Assembly (NCBI GenBank): GCA_003518055.1
Contig: DOZJ01000002.1
Location: forward strand, 170,137 to 234,136
Length of the DNA stretch: 64,000 nt
Direction of reading: 5' to 3'
DNA from: Candidatus Falkowbacteria bacterium
GTDB taxonomy: Bacteria; Patescibacteriota; Patescibacteriia; UBA11705
The translations under genes and the position numbers were made by a program. The notes below the pieces were generated by a model. The model saw only the letters and a program-made list of their open reading frames with translations, did not search any database and was not told the DNA's origin. Positions 1 through 9,885 of this stretch are shown piece after piece (the first letter of the stretch is position 1; the number at the start of each line of letters is the position of its first letter).

Positions 1-99
1 AAGAAGATGGTCAAGGAACGAATTAACGAGGCCATAGAGACTCACTTGACACTTAAAAGAATATAAATCGGCTAATTCCAAACGAGTAAAATATATTCA

Positions 100-148
100 A
101 ATATAAAAGCGGCGGCGATTCGTTTTTCGAATCGCCGCTTTGTTGCTA
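100..148 (-). terminator. Rho-independent terminator downstream of the 205..546 gene, usable from either strand
   Basis: GC hairpin gcggcggcgattcg / cgaatcgccgc with T-runs on both sides. Confidence 0.5.
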
Positions 149-204
149 GATTTTAAATTGTCATCATTGTTTGTCCACATGTTCACTCCTTATCCCCGAA
201 GATC

Positions 205-546
205 CTAGAATTGTTCCCAGAAGCGACGGATATTGCTGATTGCCGCCTCCATTCGGGGTCTGCCAACAGAGTTATCCGAATGAACCTTCATGACTTTCGG
301 CGGCGGAAAGCTGACCTCAGAATCTTCGCCTCGGGAAAGTAGGAAGTACTGCTCCTCAAGCCAATTTGTCACAGCCTCACCATCAATCTCTCGCCCGTTG
401 TCATCCCACAACGCCAGATCATGATCAAGCGACAACTCTTCGACTTGCCCGGTCCTGAGCAGGACAATCACCTCGTCCGGTGTTCGCACGAGGAGCCAGC
501 CATCCGGTGGCGTTCTGAGATCGTCGAGAAAAACCTTGATCCCCAT
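205..546 (-). CDS. small protein resembling the cyclic-phosphate-processing receiver-like domain family (phage- and conflict-system-associated); function unknown
   Basis: ATG start; motifs KVFLDDLRTPPDGW..VRT.EE.I.LL....V.ELSLDHDL recalled from that family; GC-richer than the window background. Confidence 0.35.
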   Translation of the reverse strand: MGIKVFLDDLRTPPDGWLLVRTPDEVIVLLRTGQVEELSLDHDLALWDDNGREIDGEAVTNWLEEQYFLLSRGEDSEVSFPPPKVMKVHSDNSVGRPRMEAAISNIRRFWEQF

Positions 547-709
547 GGTCGTCTTCCTTTCCCTTCGGTTTTGGGGCGGTATTGCCGAGAAATTTATGGA
601 ACCCAGCCCCCCTTTCCTTTGTGTATGTTGATTGTTAATTATAATACATTTTTATCAATATGTCAATGGTAACGCTTTTGACCAAGAAAAAAAGACTATA
701 TTGATAGTC

Positions 710-1447
710 TTATTTTACGGAGTTTAGTCCGATAATCATTGGGTCATGTTGGAGTTCAAAATCAAAAGCAATTTTCAGCGGAGGATTATCCGGCGTTTCT
801 CTGGGGATGAAATATGATAACCGGGCCATTATTTCCCGCCGACTCAAGACCAACAAGTGCAGCAGTCTTTTCAGATTGACTTGGCCTCGATTCAAATCAT
901 AAACTAGATTCAAGTAGGCAATGGATTCGATGACTATCGCATCATATTCCATTCTCCGTTTAGTATAACCATTCTCTTGGCAGGTTGCCATTTTTTGTTT
1001 GATCCATTGAACCAAATCCGAATTGAGGCGGCCAATCTGATTCAAATCGCCAAATCGCAGTTGGTCTTTTCGCTCATGATCAAAGAGTTGAAGCTGGACT
1101 ACATGTCGGGCTTCATGAAAAACAACTTCCCACAACGCCAGCAAAAATTCCTGAGCCGGCATTTTCCCGATCATTTCCTTGAAATCAACCGCCTGAGTAT
1201 CAATGATTAGCCGATACTGTTTGATTTTTTGGCCGGTAGTGTCGTTTGTCACCTCAAAGGCCAAGACAGAGGCGACTGAATCATTATGTGGTTTTTTGTT
1301 AGTCGGCCAGAGAAACTTTTGGCCATTGCCCACATAGGCGATCGGCGGTTCAGGTAGGAACAGGGCGCAGATATTCAGAAAGTTATCAGTCACGAAGCGA
1401 TATACATTGACTCGGCCGTTTAGCGGAGTGTAGTATCCATACATCAT
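710..1447 (-). CDS. hypothetical protein with a zincin-like HExxH motif (FHEARHVVQ)
   Basis: 245-aa ORF with ATG start; HEARH motif; no other recognisable domain. Confidence 0.4.
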   Translation of the reverse strand: MMYGYYTPLNGRVNVYRFVTDNFLNICALFLPEPPIAYVGNGQKFLWPTNKKPHNDSVASVLAFEVTNDTTGQKIKQYRLIIDTQAVDFKEMIGKMPAQEFLLALWEVVFHEARHVVQLQLFDHERKDQLRFGDLNQIGRLNSDLVQWIKQKMATCQENGYTKRRMEYDAIVIESIAYLNLVYDLNRGQVNLKRLLHLLVLSRREIMARLSYFIPRETPDNPPLKIAFDFELQHDPMIIGLNSVK

Positions 1448-1617
1448 GTCCTCCTTTCCTCCTTTTTAGGCGCGAATTTAATTACATTAACAAATTTGGT
1501 CGATAGCGTCAATAACAAAAAAAACGACTAAGTTTAGTCGTTACTGCTTTATTTTATCAGATCACTTTTGGGTATATTCCTTAAACATCCATTGGTTTCA
1601 GTTATTTGCCTGTGTAA

Positions 1618-2181
1618 TCAATGGAAAATGACGAAGCCGTCATCGCTCGCGAGGACAAACGCCTCATGCCACTGATCACATCTCGTAAGCCACCACTGCA
1701 TCAAGTCTTCTCTCTTGTGATACCACAAGTCTGCCATACCGTTTTCGAACTGATAGGTAATATCAGGTCTCTCGATGACTTCTCGGAGTTTTCGCTCGAC
1801 TGAATCGCGGAGAGCCTCAAAGTCTGAAGCAAGCTTCCTGCTTGTCATTGGTCCGATGGTACCTCGGTTATCAGCCATGTTTATTAGTTCCACGAAAGGT
1901 TTACCTGCATATTCAGTATAATTCTCCCAGATAACATTGGGTGCTACACCAAAAGCAATGAAAGATAGAATCATTCTCCAGTTGCCGTAGGCCGAGTAGC
2001 AGTCTGCATCGAAGTCCATCCTACAGCCATTAGACATATAACAACCGATTTTCATTCCGTCGAGTCGGGCGATATGGTCTGGGTATGAAAAAACCCGGTG
2101 ATGATCACTCTTTTCTCCGCAGGTATCATTGTGTTTATGACGGAAACGCGCCTTGCTAATGGCCGTGATATCGAGACCCAT
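1618..2181 (-). CDS. hypothetical protein
   Basis: The track ORF starts at TTG (2232). The internal ATG at 2181 is preceded by AAGGAGG, so the shorter 187-aa model is preferred. Confidence 0.4.
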   Translation of the reverse strand: MGLDITAISKARFRHKHNDTCGEKSDHHRVFSYPDHIARLDGMKIGCYMSNGCRMDFDADCYSAYGNWRMILSFIAFGVAPNVIWENYTEYAGKPFVELINMADNRGTIGPMTSRKLASDFEALRDSVERKLREVIERPDITYQFENGMADLWYHKREDLMQWWLTRCDQWHEAFVLASDDGFVIFH

Positions 2182-2496
2182 CGGTGCCTCCTTCCAAGGG
2201 TGGTTTTTCTGGTATTTGCGGTGAATGAACAACGTAATTTTCTATGATTTCGACTGATTACTATATCAGTTTTTATTATATATGTCAATGCCGCATATTG
2301 ATTTTACCTTAAAGTACAACAAAAACATTATGATTTAACCATGTTAATTCACGCCATACCGCATGACCAAAATGGCTAACTCAGATGAGATCGGGTATGT
2401 GGGTAATCCCCAAACTCAACCAACACTAGCTGAAACGCCTAATGCCTACGCTCCAAGGTGGTCAGAATAACCTAGAACTCTCAGTCGCTCACGATT

Positions 2497-2542
2497 GCAT
2501 TTGCATATTTTTTTTTATTTCTATATACTACATTGTGTAGTA
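2497..2542 (+). promoter_or_regulatory. promoter (TTGCAT-17-TATACT) overlapped by the palindromic operator TACTACAttgTGTAGTA (2526-2542), a BlaI/CopY 'TACA..TGTA' type site
   Basis: perfect 7-bp inverted repeat with 3-nt spacer overlapping the -10 and the first ATG of the repressor ORF; the same motif recurs at 4002-4022. Confidence 0.55.
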
Positions 2543-2550
2543 GTAAAAAT

Positions 2551-2937
2551 ATGATAAATAAAAAAGTGAATTTTTTAGGAAAATTGGAAGCTGAAATAAT
2601 GGAAATCGTGTGGACCAATGGAACTGTTTCAGTCCGAGATGTGGTATCCGAATTGGAAAAACGAAAAAAAATCGCCTACACCACCGTAATGACGGTGATG
2701 ACGCGTTTGTTTAAAAAAAATATTTTGAAGCGCAAGCAAGACAAGGGCGGGGCATTTGTTTATCTACCGACGAAAGAAAAAAAAGAATTTGTCGCCCAAG
2801 CGTCAGAAAAAATGATTAGAAATTTTCTTCAGGAATTCGGGGATGTGGCGGTGGCGCAATTTGTGGATGTAATAGAAATGGCTGATGCCGAACATTCCGC
2901 GAGCTGGAAGAAAAAATTGAAAGATCTTCTTGAATAA
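2551..2937 (+). CDS. BlaI/MecI/CopY-family winged-helix transcriptional repressor
   Basis: N-terminal motifs L..E.EIM.IVW..G..SVRDV...L.....AYTTVMTVMTRL.KK characteristic of the penicillinase-repressor family; no C-terminal CxCxxxxCxC copper site; stop codon lies 1 nt before the M56 peptidase start. Confidence 0.7.
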   Translation: MINKKVNFLGKLEAEIMEIVWTNGTVSVRDVVSELEKRKKIAYTTVMTVMTRLFKKNILKRKQDKGGAFVYLPTKEKKEFVAQASEKMIRNFLQEFGDVAVAQFVDVIEMADAEHSASWKKKLKDLLE

Positions 2938-2938
2938 T

Positions 2939-3961
2939 ATGGAAATGACTTTTCGCCGTAAACAACAATATTCATATTTCCGGCTGACGATAATAATGAC
3001 GGCGGTTATTGGTTTATCGGTGTATGTTTTCGCCAGAATTTGGCAGAACGCTTTTTGGTATGGAAGAATTTTGGGGCACAAAATTCAAACCGCCTGTGGC
3101 TGCACGGAATTATCCGAGCTTATAATAATGCACCCGATTATTTTTGGTTCAGTTCTGGCCCTTGGCGTTTTGGCCGGAACGGCTGCGTTGTTGGCAGCGG
3201 TGAAGTTTTACACGATATGGTCGCAGACAAGGAAGTTTTGCCGGTTATACTTAAATTCTGCCAAGGCCAACCATTCAGCAAAGCTAAAAAAAACCCTGAA
3301 AAGAATGAAATTTGATAAGCAAAGGGTGGCTGAAACAGCGTGTGATGACCCTGTTGTGTTTTGTTATGGCTGGTGGAAACCAAAAATTTGCGTTTCGAGC
3401 GGTTTAGTCGCCATTTTGCATCCAGCTGAATTGGAAACAGTCTTGCGGCATGAGGAACAGCATGTGATCTCTCGAGAACCGGCGAAATTGTTCATGTTTA
3501 AATATTTTTACCATCTTTACTTTTTTCTGCCGGGGTTGAAAACATTAATAAAACAATATGAAACTTTTTCTGAAATGGCGGCGGATGAATGGGCGGTTAA
3601 TATGGTCGGAAATAAAAAAAATTTAGCGAGAGCAGTATGGAAATTATCTGAAACAGTCGAAAATAGAAATGTGAACTTATCTTTGTCATTTTTTACCTCA
3701 ATCGTGGCTGAACGTGTTAACAAATTTGCGGACAATGGCTATATGCCGCGCTTTCGCATCTGGGGCAGGGGTTTTGCGCTGGGAGCGGGTTCGGTCGTTG
3801 TTATCATGTTGCTTGTGGGCGCTTTCATCATGGATAGTGATCGAGCGCTGGCGATGCATAATTTTGGCGGTTGTTCGATTGAGGCCGGACCAGCGGACGG
3901 CAGAACTGCTTGTGCCTCAAACATGGCTGATCATCAATCAACTTCGACGTGCAGGCAATAA
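2939..3961 (+). CDS. BlaR1/MecR1-like M56 family membrane metallopeptidase (signal transducer) without a beta-lactam sensor domain; Cys/His/Met-rich C-terminal tail
   Basis: multiple TM helices; motif HPAELETVLRHEEQHV (HExxH) in the M56 context; C-terminus ...HNFGGCSIEAGPADGRTACASNMADHQSTSTC; translationally coupled to the repressor. Confidence 0.6.
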   Translation: MEMTFRRKQQYSYFRLTIIMTAVIGLSVYVFARIWQNAFWYGRILGHKIQTACGCTELSELIIMHPIIFGSVLALGVLAGTAALLAAVKFYTIWSQTRKFCRLYLNSAKANHSAKLKKTLKRMKFDKQRVAETACDDPVVFCYGWWKPKICVSSGLVAILHPAELETVLRHEEQHVISREPAKLFMFKYFYHLYFFLPGLKTLIKQYETFSEMAADEWAVNMVGNKKNLARAVWKLSETVENRNVNLSLSFFTSIVAERVNKFADNGYMPRFRIWGRGFALGAGSVVVIMLLVGAFIMDSDRALAMHNFGGCSIEAGPADGRTACASNMADHQSTSTCRQ

Positions 3962-3983
3962 GCGCACTGTGCATAAAAATTTC

Positions 3984-4022
3984 TTGACAATAATTATCCT
4001 GCCTACTACACTATGTAGTAGG
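3984..4022 (+). promoter_or_regulatory. promoter (TTGACA-17-TACACT) with palindromic operator CCTACTACActaTGTAGTAGG overlapping the -10
   Basis: perfect 9-bp inverted repeat sharing the TACTACA-n3-TGTAGTA core with the 2526-2542 site; located upstream of the HMA-domain membrane protein gene. Confidence 0.55.
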
Positions 4023-4061
4023 TATTTGTTTACTAAAATAAAATAATTAACTTGAATAAGT

Positions 4062-5831
4062 ATGAGCAAAATTACGATTCCGATCCGAGGTATGCACTGC
4101 CGATCTTGTGAAATATTGATTGAAAATAATATCAAAAAAATCGATGGTGTTAAAAAAGTAGAGGTTAGTCATAAATCGGGCCGGGCGGATGTTTTTTTTG
4201 AGCAAAACACGGCGCCCAGCGCGGCCTTGAAACAAGCGATTCAAGATTCGGGGTATGAAGTCGGAGCCAAGGGGAAGTTGCCATGGCTGTCTAAAAATAA
4301 ATATGATTATATTAATTTTTTGAAGGGAGCGGTCATTTTAATTTTTATATATTTAATTGCCGAAAGATTCGGTTTATTCGGAATTAGCGTTAACACTGAA
4401 AGCACAAGTTTGATGGTAGTTTTATTGGTCGGTTTGGTGGCCGGCATTTCCACCTGCATGGCACTTGTCGGCGGATTGGTTCTCAGCTTAGCGGCCAGAC
4501 ACGCTGAATTGCATCCGGAAATAACCCCCAAGGAAAAGTTCGTACCGCATCTATATTTTAATTTAGGCCGGATTATCGGATTCGCCGTGCTTGGAGGAGC
4601 GATCGGTTTAATCGGGTCAGCGCTCAGCCCATCAACCAGAGTGATCGGATTCATGACCGTCGCCATTGGCGCGGTGATGATTTTTCTCGGTTTGAAACTG
4701 GTAGAGATATTTCCCGCCCTGAAAGACAAATCGATCGCTCTGCCGAAATCAATTTCTCAGTTTTTGGGTGTTGGGCGGGAACAAAAAGAATACAGCCATA
4801 AGAATTCTTTTTATACCGGTGCCTTGACCTTTTTTCTGCCCTGCGGCTTCACACAGGCCATGCAGTTGTTCGCGGTCAGCAGCGGCAATTTTATTCAAGG
4901 TGCTTTGATCATGTCTCTTTTTGCTATTGGCACTGCTCCCGGTTTGCTCGGTGTTGGCGGTTTGGCGTCGGTTTTTCAGGGCAAGCAAGCAAAAGTATTT
5001 TTCGCAGCAACTGGGATTGCCGTTATATTACTCGGTTGGTTCAATATCGCGAATGGCAGCCAGCTCTTATTTCAAACGAAGATAGATGCAGATCAAGGAG
5101 AGATTATAAATTCCACAGGCATTCAGGAAATCCGAATGACCCAAGGAAACGGAGGCTATTCACCAAACAAATTTACGGTGGAAAAAGGCAAAACAGTACG
5201 CTGGATTATTACTTCAACCAATCAATTTTCCTGCGCCAGCGCTTTGGTCGTGCCGAAATATGGTATCAGTGAAAATTTGGTCAAGGGGGAAAATATTATT
5301 GAATTTGTTCCAACTCAAACCGGCGATATTCCATTTTCATGTTCCATGGGCATGTATCGAGGTGTAATCAAGGTGGTTGAACCCGGAACAACCAAAAAAA
5401 CATCCGCCATTAATACAAATGTTCCCGTGGCTCAGGCCGCGGCGGCGCCAAGCGGCAGTTGCTCCACAGGTGGAGGTGGGTGCGGCTGCGGCGGCGCGAG
5501 AGTGAAGCCAAGTTCTGATTCAACGCCTGTTAACGCCACAATAGAAAGCGGTGTTCAGTTAATTAAAACCGAATACTCAGAAGAAAAAGGGATATTTCCG
5601 AATAATTTTGTGGTGAAAAAGGGCATACCGGCGCGTTTTGAGATTACGGCCAAAGATGACGGCGAAGGTTGTTCAAATTCAATTGTCGTTCAGGGATTGC
5701 ATGATCAAGCTGAATACCTGAGAAGTGGCAATAAAATCATTATGGACTTCACAGCCGAACAAAACGGAGACTTTGCAATTACCTGCGGTATGGGAATGAT
5801 TAATTGGGGTAAAATTACCATCATTAATTAA
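4062..5831 (+). CDS. HMA-domain membrane protein: N-terminal heavy-metal-associated domain (GMHCRSCE), polytopic DsbD_2/TauE-like permease core, two C-terminal Cys/Met-containing cupredoxin-like domains
   Basis: MxCxxC HMA motif; about 6 TM segments with conserved Cys (ISTCMAL, FLPCGF); repeated ~100-aa C-terminal modules ending FSCSMGMYRGVIKVV and ITCGMGMINWGKITI. Confidence 0.5.
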   Translation: MSKITIPIRGMHCRSCEILIENNIKKIDGVKKVEVSHKSGRADVFFEQNTAPSAALKQAIQDSGYEVGAKGKLPWLSKNKYDYINFLKGAVILIFIYLIAERFGLFGISVNTESTSLMVVLLVGLVAGISTCMALVGGLVLSLAARHAELHPEITPKEKFVPHLYFNLGRIIGFAVLGGAIGLIGSALSPSTRVIGFMTVAIGAVMIFLGLKLVEIFPALKDKSIALPKSISQFLGVGREQKEYSHKNSFYTGALTFFLPCGFTQAMQLFAVSSGNFIQGALIMSLFAIGTAPGLLGVGGLASVFQGKQAKVFFAATGIAVILLGWFNIANGSQLLFQTKIDADQGEIINSTGIQEIRMTQGNGGYSPNKFTVEKGKTVRWIITSTNQFSCASALVVPKYGISENLVKGENIIEFVPTQTGDIPFSCSMGMYRGVIKVVEPGTTKKTSAINTNVPVAQAAAAPSGSCSTGGGGCGCGGARVKPSSDSTPVNATIESGVQLIKTEYSEEKGIFPNNFVVKKGIPARFEITAKDDGEGCSNSIVVQGLHDQAEYLRSGNKIIMDFTAEQNGDFAITCGMGMINWGKITIIN

Positions 5832-5847
5832 TATTAACCAAAATAAT

Positions 5848-6051
5848 ATGAAGATTAATTTTCAAATTACGGATTTGACTTGTGATGCCTGTATCAGTTT
5901 GAGTCAGGCCGCCCTAAAAAATTTACCGGGAGTGCAACAAGTAAACATTGAGCCGAATGGACTAACTGTGGTCGAGGCTGATCGGCCGATTGATTTTGAA
6001 GACATAAAAAACGAATTGGCTCGGGTGGGAAAAACCGCCGAGCAAATTTAA
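5848..6051 (+). CDS. CopZ-like small metallochaperone (HMA fold) with variant metal site LTCDAC
   Basis: 67 aa; HMA-like beta-alpha-beta-beta-alpha-beta length and CxxC in the first loop position. Confidence 0.45.
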   Translation: MKINFQITDLTCDACISLSQAALKNLPGVQQVNIEPNGLTVVEADRPIDFEDIKNELARVGKTAEQI

Positions 6052-6055
6052 AATT

Positions 6056-6427
6056 ATGGAGAAGCTAAATTTAACCCTACGGGGGATGAATTCCACGGCT
6101 GAACAAAAAATTTTGGAGCAAAATTTGTCCGCGCAAAACGCGATAAAAAAAGTTAGTTTTTTTTCAACCAAAAAAAACGTGGGGATCAGCTTGGAATGGG
6201 ATCAGGCGAAAATATCCAAGCAGCAGATTATGGACATAATTAATTTAAGCGGAGATTTTAATATTGAAGAAACTCTTGGTAGAGATGAAGCTAAGAATGG
6301 CGAAGAAAACCCAGTTATAGAGCCCGCAATGGCGTCTAGCAATTTAATGTATCTGGGTTTAGCTTGCGGTTTGTTTTTGATGTCAATGGTGTTCAATATC
6401 ATACTATTGTATATAATTATTAAATGA
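6056..6427 (+). CDS. degenerate HMA-like domain protein lacking the metal-binding cysteines (GMNSTAEQ) with a C-terminal TM anchor
   Basis: alignment of [19 protein letters not shown] to the HMA GMxCxxC region; hydrophobic C-terminus. Confidence 0.35.
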   Translation: MEKLNLTLRGMNSTAEQKILEQNLSAQNAIKKVSFFSTKKNVGISLEWDQAKISKQQIMDIINLSGDFNIEETLGRDEAKNGEENPVIEPAMASSNLMYLGLACGLFLMSMVFNIILLYIIIK

Positions 6428-6440
6428 TAACGATTTATAT

Positions 6441-9377
6441 ATGGGAAAACGAGTAAAACTGAAAATTTATGGGATGCATTGCGCTTCCTGCGAAAAAATA
6501 ATCGAACTGGAATTGGCTGAAGTGCCGGGAGTAATGTCATCAAAGATTGATTCTATATCCGGGCTGGGAGAGGTTGAGGCTGAAGAAAACGTATCAGTAG
6601 AACAAGTGGTCAAGGCGGTGAAAAAGGCTGGATACGGGGCCGAAGTAATCAGCGATGAGGGGGTTGATCACGTGGCTGAGGCATTCCAGGTTGAAAAAAA
6701 AATTGTGGACGCGAAATCTCCGGTCAAAATCAAGCTTGAGTCATCGGTTACAGCTGACGGCGAATTTGGTGAAAAAGAAGATCGCCCAGTATTTACCGGC
6801 AAGATCAATCAAACAAAAAAAGGTGAGATTGAAATTCCGGCTGGCAGTCATGACGTGGAAAAAGCTATTGATAAAATTTTTAACGCGTCAAAGATTAATC
6901 AGCTTATAGCTTTGTTTTCAGGTGATTCCGTTGATAAACCCAAGCATGATAACCACGAGATGGTGAGAGCTGAACACGGTTTGGGGACGCACAATCAAAA
7001 AGAGTCCAATAATTCAGGCAAGAAAGACGATCAGTCAGCCAGTTTTATAATCAGCGGTATGCATTGCGCCTCCTGCGCTCTTATAATTGAAAAAAAATTA
7101 AAAACTGTACCCGGTGTCAAAGAAGCCAATGTTAATTTCAACGCGGAAAAAGCGCGGGTAATTTTCAATGCGAACCAATCAAGTGTTGATGATTTAATGA
7201 CAGCGGTCAAAGCGGCCGGTTATAAAGCTGAAGTGGCGGACACGGCTGACCCTGACGCTGAGAAAAAACGAAAAGAAGCAGAAATCAAAAATTATCGTAA
7301 TAAGTTTTTGATTGCGTTAATTTTAAGTTTACCGATGCTGTATTTCATGCTGTTTGATTTTTTCACCTTCATTCCTGGACGATCGGCGTTACTTCCATTG
7401 ATCGGAATAATATCACTGATTTTAACCATTCCGGTGCAGTTTTATATTGGCGCGGGATTTTATCGAGGCATGTGGAGCAGTTTGAAAATGAAAACGTTTA
7501 ACATGGATAGTTTGATCGCCATCGGAACCAGCACGGCATTTTTTTACAGTTTAATTCAATATTTGTCATACGCCATTGGCAATCGATCGCTGATCGGTCT
7601 GGAAGGGATGAAAATACCCGAGTTGTATTTTGAAACCGCGGCTTTTCTGATTACTTTTGTGATACTTGGCAAATGGCTGGAAACCAAAGCCAAAGGGAAA
7701 ACATCGGACGCGATAAAAAAGCTCATGGGTTTGCAGCCAAAGACAGCGAGGATCATCCAGAATGGACAAACTCGAGATGTGCCGCTCGATGAAGTGAAAC
7801 AGGGGGACATTATTTTGGTTCGTCCGGGTGAAAAGATCCCGGTTGACGGTGTGATCGTCAAAGGGTTATCAGCGGTTGATGAATCAATGTTAACCGGAGA
7901 AAGCATCCCGGTCGAAAAGAACGTAGGGGATAAAGTCATTGGCGCGACGATTAACAAGCATGGCAGTTTTGAATTTGAAGCCACTCGCGTAGGCAATGAA
8001 ACCGCCTTGGCTCAAATTGTCCGTTTGATTGAAGAAGCGCAAGGCTCAAAGGCGCCGATACAGGCCATGGCCGACAAAATATCCGCTTGGTTCGTGCCGA
8101 TTGTTCTCATTTTAGCGGTGTTAACATTTATTGTGTGGTACTTATTTTTGGGAGCCAGTTTATCATTTGCTTTGATGGCGTTCACTTCCGTGATCGTGAT
8201 TGCCTGTCCCTGCGCGCTTGGATTGGCGACGCCTACAGCCATTATGGTGGGCACAGGCAAAGGAGCGGAGTATGGCGTTTTGATCAAGGGCGGAGAACCG
8301 CTCGAAGCGGCGAATAAAATTAAAACCATGGTTTTTGATAAAACCGGAACGTTAACAAATGGTAAGCCGGAGGTAACAGATGTCCTTAGTTTGTCGGATA
8401 TGGATGAGGACGAGGTGGCGGCTATTGCCGGCAGTTTGGAAAAATTGTCAGAACATCCATTGGCCGAGGCGATTGTCAGATACGCGGAGGAAGAAGACAT
8501 TGAAATGAGTGAGGCGGTTGATTTCAAGGCGATTCCCGGGCATGGTGTGGAAGGTCGCGTTGAGAATTCGAAATACTATTTTGGCAATCGGAAACTGATA
8601 AAAGATAAGTTGAATTTAAATATTGAAAAAACCGAACGCAAAGTTCGTAAGTTGGAGGAGGCGGGGAAAACTGTCATGATTTTGGCCAGTGAAACAGCGG
8701 TTATTGGTCTGATCGGGGTGGCAGACACAGTGAAGGAGAGTTCTCTTGAGGCGGTTCGCCAATTGCAAAAGCGGGGAATAGAAGTGTTTATGATTACCGG
8801 TGATAATCAGAGAACCGCGGACGCGATCGCCAAACAGGTGGGCATTACCAATGTTTTGGCTGAAGTCCTGCCGGAAGATAAAGCGAACGAGGTGAGAAAA
8901 TTACAAGACTCAGGGAAGAAAGTGGCTATGGTGGGTGACGGAATTAATGACGCTCCCGCCCTGGCACAAGCTGATCTCGGCATCGCTATGGGTGGAGGGA
9001 CAGACGTGGCTATGGAGACAGGCGGCATTGTGATCATAAAAAATGATTTACGCGATGTCTTGACCGCGATTGGTCTGAGCCAAGACACGATGGGCAAGAT
9101 CCGGCAAAATATGTTTTTCGCTTTATTTTATAATGTGATGGGCATTCCGATCGCGGCGCGGGTGTTTGCCGGATTAGGGTTGGTGCTCAAACCGGAATTA
9201 GCCGGGTTGGCGATGGCTTTCAGTTCAATTTCGGTGGTGACAAACTCTTTGCTGCTCAAATATTATAATCCGAAAAAGAAAAATTACGCCTCAATGGTGG
9301 CACCGTATGTTTTGGCGGTGATTTTTGCTCTGGTTTTCATTGAGTTTGGCCGGTTAAGTTCAAGTATGGCGGAATAA
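6441..9377 (+). CDS. copA: copper-translocating P1B-type ATPase with two N-terminal HMA domains
   Basis: [11 protein letters not shown] and [15 protein letters not shown] motifs; CPC motif ([12 protein letters not shown]); DKTGTLT phosphorylation site; GDGINDAP hinge. Confidence 0.9.
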   Translation: MGKRVKLKIYGMHCASCEKIIELELAEVPGVMSSKIDSISGLGEVEAEENVSVEQVVKAVKKAGYGAEVISDEGVDHVAEAFQVEKKIVDAKSPVKIKLESSVTADGEFGEKEDRPVFTGKINQTKKGEIEIPAGSHDVEKAIDKIFNASKINQLIALFSGDSVDKPKHDNHEMVRAEHGLGTHNQKESNNSGKKDDQSASFIISGMHCASCALIIEKKLKTVPGVKEANVNFNAEKARVIFNANQSSVDDLMTAVKAAGYKAEVADTADPDAEKKRKEAEIKNYRNKFLIALILSLPMLYFMLFDFFTFIPGRSALLPLIGIISLILTIPVQFYIGAGFYRGMWSSLKMKTFNMDSLIAIGTSTAFFYSLIQYLSYAIGNRSLIGLEGMKIPELYFETAAFLITFVILGKWLETKAKGKTSDAIKKLMGLQPKTARIIQNGQTRDVPLDEVKQGDIILVRPGEKIPVDGVIVKGLSAVDESMLTGESIPVEKNVGDKVIGATINKHGSFEFEATRVGNETALAQIVRLIEEAQGSKAPIQAMADKISAWFVPIVLILAVLTFIVWYLFLGASLSFALMAFTSVIVIACPCALGLATPTAIMVGTGKGAEYGVLIKGGEPLEAANKIKTMVFDKTGTLTNGKPEVTDVLSLSDMDEDEVAAIAGSLEKLSEHPLAEAIVRYAEEEDIEMSEAVDFKAIPGHGVEGRVENSKYYFGNRKLIKDKLNLNIEKTERKVRKLEEAGKTVMILASETAVIGLIGVADTVKESSLEAVRQLQKRGIEVFMITGDNQRTADAIAKQVGITNVLAEVLPEDKANEVRKLQDSGKKVAMVGDGINDAPALAQADLGIAMGGGTDVAMETGGIVIIKNDLRDVLTAIGLSQDTMGKIRQNMFFALFYNVMGIPIAARVFAGLGLVLKPELAGLAMAFSSISVVTNSLLLKYYNPKKKNYASMVAPYVLAVIFALVFIEFGRLSSSMAE

Positions 9378-9430
9378 ATGTAATTTTTTATGGCATTATT
9401 TATAATTCTCAAAATACAATCACAGTGATT

Positions 9431-9883
9431 ATGAAAAAAATGCTTATAATGCTAATTATAATCGTGGGAATCTACGGTCTGTACCGATTGGCGAATCAAG
9501 ACGCTCCGGTTCAGGTGAATGTAGACGCTCCGGTTCAGACTCCGCCAAAAGATGAATCCACCAGTAAATCCGTAATATTGTCCGAGGAAATAAAGAGAAG
9601 GCTATATGTGGCAGATATTGTTGCCGATGGAGTCATGATTCCGGACGTTTTTACCCTAAAAGTCGGCCAGCCGGTTCGTCTTGAGATCAATCCCAAGGTG
9701 GATGTGTCCGGCTGCATGAATACGATTCTAATTTCTGAATTATTTGATCCTTTCCCCGATGACGCGCCGTTAGTGGAAAAGGACAAACAGATCGTGATGG
9801 AATTTACGCCGAAAAAGATTGGAACTTATTATCTCACATGTGTGATGGGCGTGCCGTGGGGGACAATAGAGGTTAAAGGATAA
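9431..9883 (+). CDS. secreted/membrane-anchored single-domain Cys/Met cupredoxin-like protein, paralogous to the C-terminal domains of the 4062..5831 protein
   Basis: N-terminal TM/signal segment; motifs VSGCMNTILISELF ... YYLTCVMGVPWGTIEV parallel FSCASALVVP...FSCSMGMYRGVIKV; the track ORF starts at GTG 9425, ATG at 9431 preferred. Confidence 0.45.
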   Translation: MKKMLIMLIIIVGIYGLYRLANQDAPVQVNVDAPVQTPPKDESTSKSVILSEEIKRRLYVADIVADGVMIPDVFTLKVGQPVRLEINPKVDVSGCMNTILISELFDPFPDDAPLVEKDKQIVMEFTPKKIGTYYLTCVMGVPWGTIEVKG

Positions 9884-9885
9884 AG

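Noticed and set aside
7556-9097. antisense ORFs 7556..7996, 8012..8527 and 8807..9097 (and the short ORFs 6655..6909 and 8087..8317) inside copA
   Set aside because: They are fully embedded in a strongly supported P1B-ATPase gene, have low-complexity Ser/Ala/Thr composition and lack RBSs, so they are spurious.
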